64,000 nucleotides of DNA from a virus: positions 15,362 through 79,361 of IMG/VR virus record IMGVR_UViG_3300027905_000001; one strand, 5' to 3'. A program made the translations under genes and the position numbers. This document shows positions 1 to 9,406 of this stretch, in pieces (position 1 is the stretch's first letter; every line of letters starts with the position of its first letter). The notes under the pieces were generated by a model, which saw nothing but the letters and a program-made list of their open reading frames with translations, had not been told where the DNA came from and did not search any database.

Positions 1-284
1 CGTTGGAGGAATTCGAGCAAGTCATCTTTAGTTTCCTCCCCTTTCGCATCAGGTAACATCTTAAGTAGCTTATCCACTAAATTAGCATAAGCCCTAGTCC
101 CGGAGTAGTACATGGTCACGTCTTTAGCCTTTGCTGTGCCGCCGTTTATTTTGGCACTAAGCTTTTTGATGATAATGTTTATGTCTGCCATTTGAGCTAT
201 GAAGTCGCGGGCTATGTTGCGTTGTTCAGGTTGGATTAGGGATAGGAGATCGTCGAGGGGGTTGAGTTCGATTGTTGGTTCCAT
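1..284 (-). CDS. Hypothetical protein, 3' end beyond window start
   Basis: ATG at 282-284 preceded by GGAGG (spacer 7); frame open to position 1. Confidence 0.4.
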   Translation of the reverse strand, partial: MEPTIELNPLDDLLSLIQPEQRNIARDFIAQMADINIIIKKLSAKINGGTAKAKDVTMYYSGTRAYANLVDKLLKMLPDAKGEETKDDLLEFLQ

Positions 285-370
285 ATTTTAGCCTCCGTAT
301 AAAACCAAAAAAGGCGGCTACCAACACATTCCGTTATGGAGTGCATTGATAACCGCCTTTTGCAGGTAGG

Positions 371-622
371 TTATGTTATTAAATTAAATGTTGATTTGAA
401 TTTGCACCACGCAGGAGCCTTGGTCATTAACCCTAATTCGCTAATAACTCTGGCCTTACCGCTCTCTCCCACTTTGCCTATCATGGCATCACTGAAGCTT
501 TCATACGTGGTTGATGCCCATATAATCGTCCTGCCTCTTTTGCTTTCGAAAAAACACTTAGCGCGCCACGTTTTGCGATCGTCCTCTGAGATTGTGTTAT
601 ACTCACAACCAATACAACTCAA
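371..622 (-). CDS. Hypothetical small protein with N-terminal CxxC
   Basis: Track ORF; TTG start with weak RBS. Confidence 0.3.
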   Translation of the reverse strand: MSCIGCEYNTISEDDRKTWRAKCFFESKRGRTIIWASTTYESFSDAMIGKVGESGKARVISELGLMTKAPAWCKFKSTFNLIT

Positions 623-650
623 ATATCATCATCCTCTCGTTTTCGAGTCG

Positions 651-785
651 TTAAATCTTCTCCTTAACAGTCGTCTCTACCGTCTTAACTTTTCCGTCAT
701 GACAGACAATCTTGACTTCTCCATAGTCGGGGAGTGTGATCGTTTTATCCTTGCCGTCGTGGGATAGTGTGATTTTGTTTTGCAT
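651..785 (-). CDS. Hypothetical small protein (44 aa)
   Basis: ATG overlaps stop of upstream gene (TAATG); GGAGG 6 nt upstream; not in track (<60 aa). Confidence 0.4.
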   Translation of the reverse strand: MQNKITLSHDGKDKTITLPDYGEVKIVCHDGKVKTVETTVKEKI

Positions 786-1648
786 TAGTTACCTCCGTTG
801 GGTGATTTCCACAAGTCTCGTTCACGGCACAAAGGACATCTACTCAAGCCGTTATCTTCTTTGCTCTTGCAATTATAGCAGGTTATTGGTCGCCATCTGC
901 TGTATTTAAAGCACCTCAACCCATCGCAACTTTCGCCGATTGCTTCGGCACAATTCTGACATGACTTTTCTTTTACTTTTATTTCGATTGGCTCCCATTT
1001 ATTGAGATTGGTACATTTGTAATATTGTCGGCAACACCCCTCCTCAACATTTCTGCAAGTGGTACAGCCCTTCGCTTGTTTCTCTTCACTGGGCTCACTG
1101 CTTGCCCCCATTTTAATTAGTGCTTGTCCGAGTTCGAGGGCTTCTTGTGGGGTTAATTTTTGATTAAGCACGTAGTACGTGCCATGCATCTGAACACGAA
1201 CGCTGTCAATGCACCCACGGTCAACCTTCAGTGTCATATCATCTTTAGTTATCTCGACATTTTCTATCTCGCCATCCTCATCATTGGCATTGTAGATGGC
1301 GTTTATTTGTTCCATGCACTCATTAAAGGTAATAGCTCCACTATAAAGAAATGCCAGCCATTTAGACGCTTGTCCTTCTTTATCCACTGGCTTATATGTA
1401 ATTTTAACGTTGGACATTTTGGGTTCCTCCTCTAACTTCTTTATTGCTAACTTAAGTTCTTCGAGTACGATTTCAATTCCGTCAAGTGGGTGATGTTTAT
1501 CGAAAACATGATAACAACCGTCTGGAAGTCTTTTGTATCTATTTGCCTTTTTCCGCTTTTCGCTCAAGACTTTTATTAACTTCTCTATTCCGAAGCAAAT
1601 ACAGGTTAGAGACGTGATCGTTATTATGCAAAATGCCAAGGTTAGCAT
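785..1648 (-). CDS. Membrane-anchored Cys-rich protein
   Basis: Hydrophobic N-terminus, many Cys in C-terminal half; track ORF 785-1657, likely ATG at 1648 (GGAGGG 9 nt upstream, TAATG coupling). Confidence 0.5.
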   Translation of the reverse strand: MLTLAFCIITITSLTCICFGIEKLIKVLSEKRKKANRYKRLPDGCYHVFDKHHPLDGIEIVLEELKLAIKKLEEEPKMSNVKITYKPVDKEGQASKWLAFLYSGAITFNECMEQINAIYNANDEDGEIENVEITKDDMTLKVDRGCIDSVRVQMHGTYYVLNQKLTPQEALELGQALIKMGASSEPSEEKQAKGCTTCRNVEEGCCRQYYKCTNLNKWEPIEIKVKEKSCQNCAEAIGESCDGLRCFKYSRWRPITCYNCKSKEDNGLSRCPLCRERDLWKSPNGGN

Positions 1649-1980
1649 TAGTTGCAACCCTCCGATTCCTGCACTATCTCTACTCGCTTATCACAAATAG
1701 GACAGTGAATAGTCGGTCTGCCAACAAGCTTCCTGCTTATGTAAAGTTCAATCTTGCCACACCTTGGGCAGTCGCCGTATGTCATAATTCTAGGGTTTTT
1801 GACGCTTCCGTGGCCTACAGTTGGGATTAGTTGGCCTTCGTTTTTAGCTTTACACTTCTCCTTAGATCTATTTATGAAAATTATCATTGCCCACGAAAAG
1901 GCAACGCAAGATGCCATAAGAAGTATCCACGCAATCTCAAGAAAGAAGTTTGCTATCTGCTGGTTCATGCCGCACCTCAC
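1648..1980 (-). CDS. Small membrane protein with zinc-ribbon (CPRC...CPIC)
   Basis: Track ORF; TM segment then two CxxC pairs. Confidence 0.5.
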   Translation of the reverse strand: MRCGMNQQIANFFLEIAWILLMASCVAFSWAMIIFINRSKEKCKAKNEGQLIPTVGHGSVKNPRIMTYGDCPRCGKIELYISRKLVGRPTIHCPICDKRVEIVQESEGCN

Positions 1981-2498
1981 TTCGACTTCAATAACCTAAA
2001 CTTCTGTTTCGCATATTCAGGGATGAAATTATCTAAATCCTTTTGAAACAATAGGTAGAGATTGAGTGACAATCTATTCGACGAAAAGAAGTAGATCGGA
2101 TTGAAGTACCATTGAGTGATTACATCATCACCAATCTTTACCTCGATCTTAGCCATAATTCTTTTCTTAACCATCCTATTAAGGAATAAAACAGTATGTC
2201 TTTCGGTATCTCGGATTACGTTTGCCATTTGCGGTATGTCCATTGCCTTTATGCCACCATTGCCACGGTAGCCGATCATATTAGTTGTCGAGTAAACTTT
2301 CTTACTTAACAAAAACAGATTAGCTATATCAGACTTGGTTATTTCGTTTGGCAATTCTACATCCTGAAACGTTTTGACGAAACTGCTTTTATTCCAAAAG
2401 AGATAACCTTTTTCTTCGTCGAACATATCTTTGAAGTATGTCTTCTTTGTGCTCACAACGTTACCATGGTCATCTGTTATTTCGGTCGCCCTTATCAT
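1977..2498 (-). CDS. Hypothetical protein
   Basis: Track ORF, 173 aa, no recognisable motif. Confidence 0.45.
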   Translation of the reverse strand: MIRATEITDDHGNVVSTKKTYFKDMFDEEKGYLFWNKSSFVKTFQDVELPNEITKSDIANLFLLSKKVYSTTNMIGYRGNGGIKAMDIPQMANVIRDTERHTVLFLNRMVKKRIMAKIEVKIGDDVITQWYFNPIYFFSSNRLSLNLYLLFQKDLDNFIPEYAKQKFRLLKSK

Positions 2499-2659
2499 CG
2501 AATCACCTCTAAAATCGTGGGTACATTTAAGGCGTTCTATGTACCTGTAAAATTTGACTACCTAAAATGCTGAAACCCTTGGTATAAGCGACTTTAAGGG
2601 TTCTGGATTAAGTAAATCATGCAAACTCACATATATTATATACGTGTGAATCTGCATGA

Positions 2660-2968
2660 TTAGAGTTGTTTTGCGTCTACCTTCTCCACCCAAACTATAT
2701 CCCCATTAGCATCGAACTTCAGCTCATCATCATGCCTAGCTCTAGTTTGTTCGTGGCACTTCCTGCATAGGAGTTCGAGGTTATTCCAGCTATAGCACTT
2801 CTCAGGGTTGTTAACGGTGTCCCATGCTGTTATAGGGTCCTTGTGGTGGACTTCTTCGCCTTTGGATCCGCATTGCTCACAGAGACCGAACTTAGAGGCA
2901 AAGAAAGCTTTGCGGCATTTGATCCAGGCGCTTCGTCCGTAGAATAGTTTGAGTTGGCCTTGACTCAT
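2660..2968 (-). CDS. HNH endonuclease
   Basis: HNH motif EEVHHKDP...NLELLCRKCHEQ with CxxC zinc ligands. Confidence 0.8.
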   Translation of the reverse strand: MSQGQLKLFYGRSAWIKCRKAFFASKFGLCEQCGSKGEEVHHKDPITAWDTVNNPEKCYSWNNLELLCRKCHEQTRARHDDELKFDANGDIVWVEKVDAKQL

Positions 2969-3558
2969 TGGGTATCGTTTGCGATATCAACCGCATAGGG
3001 GAGTATCATTACCTTTAAGTTGGGGCATTGGGATTGTAGATCGTTGCGCAGCCTTTCTATATCGTCACAACGTAGTAATGCACCAAGTTTCAGGACTAAT
3101 GTATCGCTATTCATGATAGTAGCGGTGCTAATGATATAATTAGTCTGAAAACTCATCTTTTTGTTAATCTCTTCAAGCATCGATTTCACATCTCGCTCAG
3201 AGTATTCCTTTTCTCTACGCCATGTTACGGTTATTGCGTCGTTGCTTTCTTGTACTTGGACATTATAAGTTGGTGTAGATTCCGCAAGGCCAAGTAAGTC
3301 AAATCGGTTTGAGTAGCCCCTGTATATCATACTTCTAGTCATAAAGTCGTTCTCAACGGCTACGACAAGAACATCCCTAAGTACCTCAACTACTCCTTCT
3401 GGATTAGATTGCAAAAGGTCTTGGCTTATAGAGAATGTTCCTCTTCTGTCGAGCAGGACGCTTTCTTTGCGCTTGTTTTGGCAGAAAACGTTTTTACCTA
3501 AGTTACCCATTTTCCTCACTCCTTCTTGTTCGGTTAGGTCATCGTCTCTAGTGTTCAT
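2965..3558 (-). CDS. Hypothetical protein
   Basis: Track ORF; probable ATG at 3510 after GTGAGGAAA. Confidence 0.45.
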   Translation of the reverse strand: MNTRDDDLTEQEGVRKMGNLGKNVFCQNKRKESVLLDRRGTFSISQDLLQSNPEGVVEVLRDVLVVAVENDFMTRSMIYRGYSNRFDLLGLAESTPTYNVQVQESNDAITVTWRREKEYSERDVKSMLEEINKKMSFQTNYIISTATIMNSDTLVLKLGALLRCDDIERLRNDLQSQCPNLKVMILPYAVDIANDTQ

Positions 3559-3869
3559 GCAATTACCACCTTTTACCTATACTTACGAGAACATAAAATT
3601 ACTTACCAAGTTTTTGCCGAATTTCTGGGGTGAAATCAAAAAACACCACTCAGTATCACGAGCCTTTGGTACACGGCAGATGGTTTAACCCCCTGGTATA
3701 GGGGTTGGGGGGTGCCTTTATCCCCTCTTTTATACCAGTTTTCGACATAGTTGGGGCATCAATCCGGCATTTAACAACTTCCAGCGCTTGGTTAGCGCAT
3801 CCGGCTGGCTATTCACCGCCTAAGTTATTCTTAGCCTCACATCTCACCCCTGCCTCAGAAGTCTCCTGC
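3559..3869. other. GC-rich structured intergenic region downstream of terS (pac site, terminator or ncRNA candidate)
   Basis: ~310 bp without ORF; imperfect dyad ctggtatagggg...cccctcttttataccag; GC-rich versus flanks. Confidence 0.3.
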
Positions 3870-4769
3870 CTAGATACTATCCTCAGCAGCCTTGCGCCGG
3901 ATCTCTAAGTCAGCCTCATTAACTGCGGTCCTGCGCTCTGCAAGTTTAAGATTAGCGTCATCAACTTTGCGCCGATGCTGATCCGGAGTGAGGTCAAAGA
4001 AGTCCGCCAGCCGGTCAAGTGCCTTATGCTTGTCGTGGAACTTAATAGAGATACCATCCTTAGTCTGCCGAATCTCCTGCACCATCGAAGTGTCCACCTG
4101 GTCGCTGTTTTTGATCCTAACGAAGTTGACATCCTGCACCTGGTACTGACCGTCCGGGCCGACTACGCGCTGGCCGTCGAGATATACCCAATCCTGAGTG
4201 GTCCCGAACTCAAAGAAGTCTCCAGGATCGGACATTGCTATTTTTTCGTAGACCTCCAGTACATCGCGCTTGGTAAGAAAGATGTCCTGAGCTATATCAC
4301 CTTTCAGCCGCCGGATCTCTGCCGCAACCTTAACGTCTCTTAACATCCGGCTGCCCTGGACATGTGCGCCGGCCTTTGGACACCCTGCTTTTATTGCGGC
4401 CATCGTTGCGTTGTGATCCTTGACAAAGTGTAGCGCGAATAGCTGCTGCTTTTCTGTGAGCGGCGAACTCTCTACTATATAATGCGTCTCGCTCCCGGCT
4501 GCTTCTTCCGGCCGTTTCTTTCCCTGGTCCGTTGCCGCTTTCTTCCGGCCGGACTTCTTGTCCGTTGCAACGCTCTTCTTTTGCGTTGCATTGCGTTGCT
4601 TGCCTTGCGTTGCGTTCTGCGTTGCATCGTTGGCCGCTTCTGCTTTGGCCCAGTTCTCTCTGTTCTTCCGGCTGCGGATCGTGCCCGCGCTGATTCCGTG
4701 TTTTGCTGCAAGGTCCCGAAGCGTAATCTCTGTCGTCTCGTATTCTGCGCGTATTACTAGCCAATCCAT
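3870..4769 (-). CDS. terS: Phage terminase small subunit (Terminase_2-like) with N-terminal HTH
   Basis: HTH ITLRDLAAKHGISAGTIRSRK; LTEKQQLFALHFVKDHNATMAAIKAG...SRMLRDVKVAAEIRRL resembles TerS DNA-binding core. Confidence 0.65.
   Translation of the reverse strand: MDWLVIRAEYETTEITLRDLAAKHGISAGTIRSRKNRENWAKAEAANDATQNATQGKQRNATQKKSVATDKKSGRKKAATDQGKKRPEEAAGSETHYIVESSPLTEKQQLFALHFVKDHNATMAAIKAGCPKAGAHVQGSRMLRDVKVAAEIRRLKGDIAQDIFLTKRDVLEVYEKIAMSDPGDFFEFGTTQDWVYLDGQRVVGPDGQYQVQDVNFVRIKNSDQVDTSMVQEIRQTKDGISIKFHDKHKALDRLADFFDLTPDQHRRKVDDANLKLAERRTAVNEADLEIRRKAAEDSI
4582..4625. repeat. Tandem octamer TGCGTTGC (4 copies) inside terS, encoding an NATQ-rich linker
   Basis: Direct count in sequence. 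Confidence 0.7.
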
Positions 4770-4812
4770 TTACATTTTCACAACCCTCCCTACATGTTTG
4801 CTACTATATATC

Positions 4813-4841
4813 TTGCATATGTCTTGACACCATGATATAAT
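4813..4841 (+). promoter_or_regulatory. Sigma-A-type promoter (TTGCAT-17-TGaTATAAT)
   Basis: -35 at 4813-4818, extended -10 at 4833-4841; the motif TATAATAAGTTAAGATC is repeated at 54668-54684. Confidence 0.55.
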
Positions 4842-4875
4842 AAGTTAAGATCTAATTTTGAAGGAGGTAAACGGC

Positions 4876-5271
4876 ATGACAAAGCTCGAAATTGCTAAAA
4901 ACATTAATGCCATCAAGGATTTAGGCCGCATTATTGCAACGAATTGGGAGATGGACTTTGTTGAAGGAGGAATCTATGACAATAAGGGCAATGTCGAAAG
5001 CTGGACTGACCGTGATAATTCAAAAGTGGCCTTTAAGCCCGAAAGCACCGGCACGATAACTTATGTCCTTCAATGCAATAAAGTCCCCTGTCACGTAGTA
5101 GACTACACTAGCACTGATGAAACTCGCGCCCTTGGCGCTACTGGCTGTGAAGATGAAGCTGAATGCCTGGTATTACCTGAAACAAAAATGATAATTACCT
5201 ACGTTTCCACTGAAGATGATTTCAACGAAATGGGATATTACTTAGTGGAAATGGAGATTGTCAATGAGTAA
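4876..5271 (+). CDS. Hypothetical protein (131 aa)
   Basis: ATG after GGAGG; track ORF 4858-5271. Confidence 0.5.
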   Translation: MTKLEIAKNINAIKDLGRIIATNWEMDFVEGGIYDNKGNVESWTDRDNSKVAFKPESTGTITYVLQCNKVPCHVVDYTSTDETRALGATGCEDEAECLVLPETKMIITYVSTEDDFNEMGYYLVEMEIVNE

Positions 5272-5869
5272 TCGCCATGGACACCCCCTTACTTCTGAAC
5301 AAAAGGGAGCGAGGGAGATTGAATATCGGAAAATGGCATTGGAATTTCATAAAGAAACAGGACGTTCGCCCCGGATGGCAGACTTACCTTTTCCTTATAA
5401 AATCTTTAAGGTTCACGACACGTGGAATGCATTTCTTGAAGATTGCGGGCTAGAGGTTAACCGTTTAACCACGGACGTTGAGAAATATTCTTTAATATTC
5501 GATTACAAGGAATTAGCTAAAAACTTAGAACGGACTCCTTACGCATTAGAATTTTATAAAAAATTTGGTTGCCAATACGCAGTCCGCAAATTATTTGGAT
5601 CATGGAATGCATTTGTTAAAGCTTGTGATCTTAAATTAAATAGATTCACAGGAGCAGAAAAAGAAGAACTTGTGGAACGCGTCTTGAAATTAGCTAAGAA
5701 ATTAGGTAAAACACCTACAACTCGTGAATTTAATGCACACGCAAAGAAAAGTAATCTATGCACGACGATGGTTATATGTCGGTATTTCGGAACATGGACG
5801 GAATGCCTTGAGTTTTGCGGGTTAGAGCCTAACCAAAATAAAAATTTTAAGCGTAGAAAGAAGGATTAG
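5264..5869 (+). CDS. Repeat protein with three W-NAF...CGLE units
   Basis: Repeats TWNAFLEDCGLE / GSWNAFVKACDL / GTWTECLEFCGLE. Confidence 0.5.
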   Translation: MSNRHGHPLTSEQKGAREIEYRKMALEFHKETGRSPRMADLPFPYKIFKVHDTWNAFLEDCGLEVNRLTTDVEKYSLIFDYKELAKNLERTPYALEFYKKFGCQYAVRKLFGSWNAFVKACDLKLNRFTGAEKEELVERVLKLAKKLGKTPTTREFNAHAKKSNLCTTMVICRYFGTWTECLEFCGLEPNQNKNFKRRKKD

Positions 5870-5871
5870 CG

Positions 5872-6036
5872 ATGGCAGAAACAACAACCGACGACCGCGA
5901 ACGCATGACACTACGCATCCCCCAGGACATTTGGCGCATGATCAAAATGGACCTGATTGACAAAAAAGAAAAGTCGGCCAATGAGCTTATCACAAACTTA
6001 ATATATGAGCACTACAAAGTACCCCGGCCGCAATAG
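5872..6036 (+). CDS. Ribbon-helix-helix (CopG/Arc-like) small DNA-binding protein (54 aa)
   Basis: MTLRIPQDIWRMIKMDL... beta-strand plus two-helix pattern; not in track (<60 aa). Confidence 0.45.
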   Translation: MAETTTDDRERMTLRIPQDIWRMIKMDLIDKKEKSANELITNLIYEHYKVPRPQ

Positions 6037-6086
6037 CTGGGGGTTTTCTTTACCTAAAAATACTTAATATTTATTGTCTTAATGCC

Positions 6087-6115
6087 TTGACACCACGACA
6101 TAAAAGATGTATTAT
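6087..6115 (+). promoter_or_regulatory. Sigma-A-type promoter (TTGACA-17-TATTAT)
   Basis: Shares CTTGACACCAYGAYATAA with the 4823 region. Confidence 0.5.
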
Positions 6116-6287
6116 TAACACATGGAAAACAGCACTCCAGCCCAATCCAGTGCAACAAACGCTTCCCCCGGCCAATTGCGGTCCGGGTCCGCCAAGAAGC
6201 CGAGAGAGAAAAGTTGACCGTGTGTCAGGGAAGAAGATTAATCCCGACAGGCTACAAAGGGAGCCGGGGAAAAAGGAGTTTTAAATT

Positions 6288-6497
6288 ATGAAACAAACTT
6301 ATTACAGCGTTGGTTATTACTCAGGAAGATCGAACAGCACTAGCACGGCGTTTTTTGATACTAAAGAGGCGGCTGAAAAATTTGCAGATCATGATTACAG
6401 GGATAACGTGGTAGCGCATCACGTGAGCAAGCCTGAGACGATTGCGAAATACGATGAGCTAGTTGCTATGACGGCGTTTGAGCTTAGAGACCGTTAG
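6288..6497 (+). CDS. Hypothetical protein
   Basis: Track ORF; AGGAG upstream. Confidence 0.5.
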   Translation: MKQTYYSVGYYSGRSNSTSTAFFDTKEAAEKFADHDYRDNVVAHHVSKPETIAKYDELVAMTAFELRDR

Positions 6498-6610
6498 GAT
6501 TTGCAGATGGCACCGGCCAGCACCCGGTGTAATGCACTAGCAGGCGTCCAAAGTCGCCGCAAATGCATCCCGACAGCTCGCAAGGAACGGGGAAAAGGAG
6601 GTCAGGACAG

Positions 6611-7057
6611 ATGCTCTATCACAGATTTACTAACTCATCAAACGTAATGTCCAACTGGGGTCACGCAATGTTTGCGGCCAACAGGGACGCGGTCGAAAAT
6701 TACGGTAGTAAAGAGTTTATCTTTAAATCATCTAGGGACAATAGCAAAACGATCAAGTCGCTCAAATCACTGATTATCAAAACTTGGAAGTACGATCAAA
6801 AAAATGGCTTTACCGGGGACTTTGGCAACGGCTGCACAGATGATTACTACTACAACGTCAAGGATAATGCAGTGGACGCTATTAGTATTTACAACAGCTT
6901 TGACCCGTCTAGCGTTGTGGAGAGCGCCGATGCTTGGGACTCCGAGCTTTATCAATGGTTTTGGGAGCGTATCGCGGAGCCTAACGGCATTATGGCAGTT
7001 ACAACTCAAGATGGGGCAATAGTATTTGATGCAGACTTAATTAAGGAGGTATGTTAA
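6611..7057 (+). CDS. Hypothetical protein
   Basis: ATG 6611 after AAAGGAGG; track ORF 6563-7057. Confidence 0.5.
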   Translation: MLYHRFTNSSNVMSNWGHAMFAANRDAVENYGSKEFIFKSSRDNSKTIKSLKSLIIKTWKYDQKNGFTGDFGNGCTDDYYYNVKDNAVDAISIYNSFDPSSVVESADAWDSELYQWFWERIAEPNGIMAVTTQDGAIVFDADLIKEVC

Positions 7058-7318
7058 ATGTCTAATGAGGATGACGTTATGTTTTTCAAAATAGCAAAGG
7101 TTAAAGCCGCTATCAGCAGGGTCCTAGACGGGTGCGTAAACGAGTTGCCGGATATCCAGTTTGGATGGAGCGGATCAGTTATCGAGGTTTATTTATCCGG
7201 CGGTAATTATCAAGTCCGCAACCTTATCGAGTCCCATTTTGTAAATAGCAGGAGGTATAAAGGCGTTACAATTACAAACAACGACACCAAAAAGCGTATC
7301 AGCTTTATTTTAAATTAA
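7058..7318 (+). CDS. Hypothetical protein
   Basis: Track ORF. Confidence 0.45.
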   Translation: MSNEDDVMFFKIAKVKAAISRVLDGCVNELPDIQFGWSGSVIEVYLSGGNYQVRNLIESHFVNSRRYKGVTITNNDTKKRISFILN

Positions 7319-7339
7319 GAAATTGAAGGAGTGTTAAAA

Positions 7340-7558
7340 ATGAAACGATTAGACATTTTTAAAAGCGAAGGTGGATACAGATTAGCATTGGGAATCTACA
7401 ACGACAGCCCCGTAATTGACAAGTCTCCTTGGTTCGAAACCAAGGAAGAGGCCGAAAAAGCAAGGCGCGAAGTCATAGAAGAAGATGAGCGAGAAGCCAA
7501 AATTGAGCAGTATATCCAAGATGGCAATATCGAGGCCCTCGAAAACATGGATAAGTAA
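7340..7558 (+). CDS. Hypothetical protein
   Basis: ATG after GAAGGAG; acidic C-terminus. Confidence 0.45.
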   Translation: MKRLDIFKSEGGYRLALGIYNDSPVIDKSPWFETKEEAEKARREVIEEDEREAKIEQYIQDGNIEALENMDK

Positions 7559-7652
7559 TTGCAGAGGATTAGGAGCCTAAAAACTCCTAATAATGCGCTA
7601 GGCAAGCGGTTCCAAGCCCGCGCCAATCGCAATTTTGAAAGGTGGAGCAATC

Positions 7653-7889
7653 ATGAAATACACCATAGCTGAATACCACGGCATAGACCGGCACCAAATG
7701 CAAGCCCATACCGAGGAAATCATTACCAAGCTTGAATTTATTCGAACAACATGCACGGATGCCGAATCGCTCGAATACACTGACGCCCAACTCGAATTTT
7801 ACCGCGAAGAACTAGCCAGTAAATCCCTGCTTATGTCATCATGGTGGGAAGTTGAGAACTACATGCGGAAAGGTAGGAAAATAGCATGA
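7653..7889 (+). CDS. Hypothetical protein
   Basis: ATG after AAAGGTGGAG. Confidence 0.45.
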   Translation: MKYTIAEYHGIDRHQMQAHTEEIITKLEFIRTTCTDAESLEYTDAQLEFYREELASKSLLMSSWWEVENYMRKGRKIA

Positions 7890-8077
7890 CCATCTACATC
7901 CATGAGTTTTACAAGGACAAGGAAAAGGCGCTCGCATTGGCTGAACTACCGGACGAACTAGATTATCACCGATTTGTCCACGGCTGTGAGCCTAAAAAGG
8001 TGAACATAGTCCCTTATTGGGCAGATTGCGACAAGTACAAGGCGAATAAGTCCACCATGACACTGTTTATTAGCTAA
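7886..8077 (+). CDS. Hypothetical small protein
   Basis: Track ORF, 4-nt overlap with upstream gene. Confidence 0.4.
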   Translation: MTIYIHEFYKDKEKALALAELPDELDYHRFVHGCEPKKVNIVPYWADCDKYKANKSTMTLFIS

Positions 8078-8157
8078 CATCAAGGCTTTTAGCCTTGGCT
8101 CAGCCGCTTTTTGAGCGGTTCAGCGAGGACTAAAAACGAATGAAAGAGGTAATTTAC

Positions 8158-9078
8158 ATGAGCATGATCAACGAACAACTAGCCCAACGATCAAAGGAAA
8201 ACATGAGTTTTTCCGACTACAAACCCGGCAGCGCAACGGCTGAATTCAACCAGGAAATAGCCAACGTCACCACGTTAGTTGAATCGGCCAAGCTCAGGGT
8301 ATCCGACGAAGGGAAAGCCAAGCTAGATCGTTTCCTAGCCTCTTACACCTCTCGTTATGCCGCATGGACCAATAAGCGCAACGCAAATGGTGCAGGACAT
8401 GTTAGTGTTATGATCGCAGGCCCAGCTAACTACAACATGAGAGCGCACGAAAAGTACATGAGCCGTGAAGGTAATCTCTGGAAAGAATACGAGGAATTCC
8501 GAAACCCTGAGTATAAAATTTCCTCCATCGTCGCAGGTGACAGAGTTATAAAATCCAATGATGTCAACGCTATTGAAAAATTGCAGGAGAAAATAGACGG
8601 ACTTGAAAAAATGCAGGAATTAATGAAAGCTTGTAACGCCATCATCCGTAAAAAGAAGCTGACCGACGAAGAGAAGATTGCTGCAATGGTAGAAGCTGGA
8701 GCCAGCGAAAAAGCCGCAAAAGAAACCTTGACCCCTAATTTTATGGGCAGAATAGGTTTTGCCTCTTATTCGCTCAGTAATAACAACGCAACGATCCGAA
8801 ACGCCAAGCAACGAATATCCCAGCTTGAGAAGATCGCTGCACGCGGCACGCAAGAGACTGTCATAGAATCAGACGCGGAGGAAACAAACGGCATACGCAT
8901 AGTTGACAATGTTGAAGCGCATCGGCTGCAAATATTCTTTAATGGCAAGCCATCGGCAGAAGTTCGAACACAGTTAAAGAAAAATGGATTTAGGTGGACG
9001 CCTAGTATTTCCGCGTGGCAGTCGTATCGAAGTGAGAGCGCAAACCGGGCAGCGCGTGAAATAGTGGCAGCAATGTAA
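8158..9078 (+). CDS. Hypothetical protein, C-terminus resembles DUF3560-like domain
   Basis: C-terminal motif LQIFFNGKPSAEVRTQLKKNGFRWTPSISAWQ; assignment from memory. Confidence 0.4.
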   Translation: MSMINEQLAQRSKENMSFSDYKPGSATAEFNQEIANVTTLVESAKLRVSDEGKAKLDRFLASYTSRYAAWTNKRNANGAGHVSVMIAGPANYNMRAHEKYMSREGNLWKEYEEFRNPEYKISSIVAGDRVIKSNDVNAIEKLQEKIDGLEKMQELMKACNAIIRKKKLTDEEKIAAMVEAGASEKAAKETLTPNFMGRIGFASYSLSNNNATIRNAKQRISQLEKIAARGTQETVIESDAEETNGIRIVDNVEAHRLQIFFNGKPSAEVRTQLKKNGFRWTPSISAWQSYRSESANRAAREIVAAM

Positions 9079-9162
9079 TTATATCGCGGGACCATCTTTG
9101 GCCCTGCTCCAAATGTCCGATTATGGGCACTTGGAGGAGAATCAAAATTTAGAGGTGATCAA

Positions 9163-9351
9163 GTGGCGGAAACGTGGTTCTCTCGACTTAAAACAGAGAT
9201 AGAAGATTCGAGAGACTTGCAAGAAATTCTTGGTGTTAAAGTTATCGAGCATCTTTTGTGGAACAATATCTCTCGCGAACAATACGAAACTCTCTCTAGC
9301 CTGCGCGTAAAAAGAATCCTGGAAAATTGGCACGAAGAATTTTTGGCTTAA
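9163..9351 (+). CDS. Hypothetical small protein
   Basis: Track ORF (GTG start). Confidence 0.35.
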   Translation: MAETWFSRLKTEIEDSRDLQEILGVKVIEHLLWNNISREQYETLSSLRVKRILENWHEEFLA

Positions 9352-9406
9352 ATCCACGCCGGACTATTCCGGTTTTTTCCCAACTAAAATTAAGGAGGAA
9401 TAACTT

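Noticed and set aside
336-767. Plus-strand track ORF 336-767 (143 aa)
   Set aside because: No RBS, hydrophobic low-complexity translation, antisense to minus-strand genes with RBS and translational coupling.
4330-4827. Track ORFs 4330-4764(-), 4475-4711(-), 4482-4760(+), 4558-4827(+)
   Set aside because: All overlap terS and translate to low-complexity Arg/Cys/Leu-rich strings generated by the TGCGTTGC repeats; treated as spurious.
7426-7448. Perfect hairpin tccttggttcgaaaccaaggaag resembling a tRNA T-arm
   Set aside because: Lies inside a well-supported plus-strand CDS (encodes PWFETKEE); no acceptor stem or anticodon arm around it. No tRNA found anywhere by eye, though no systematic scan was possible.
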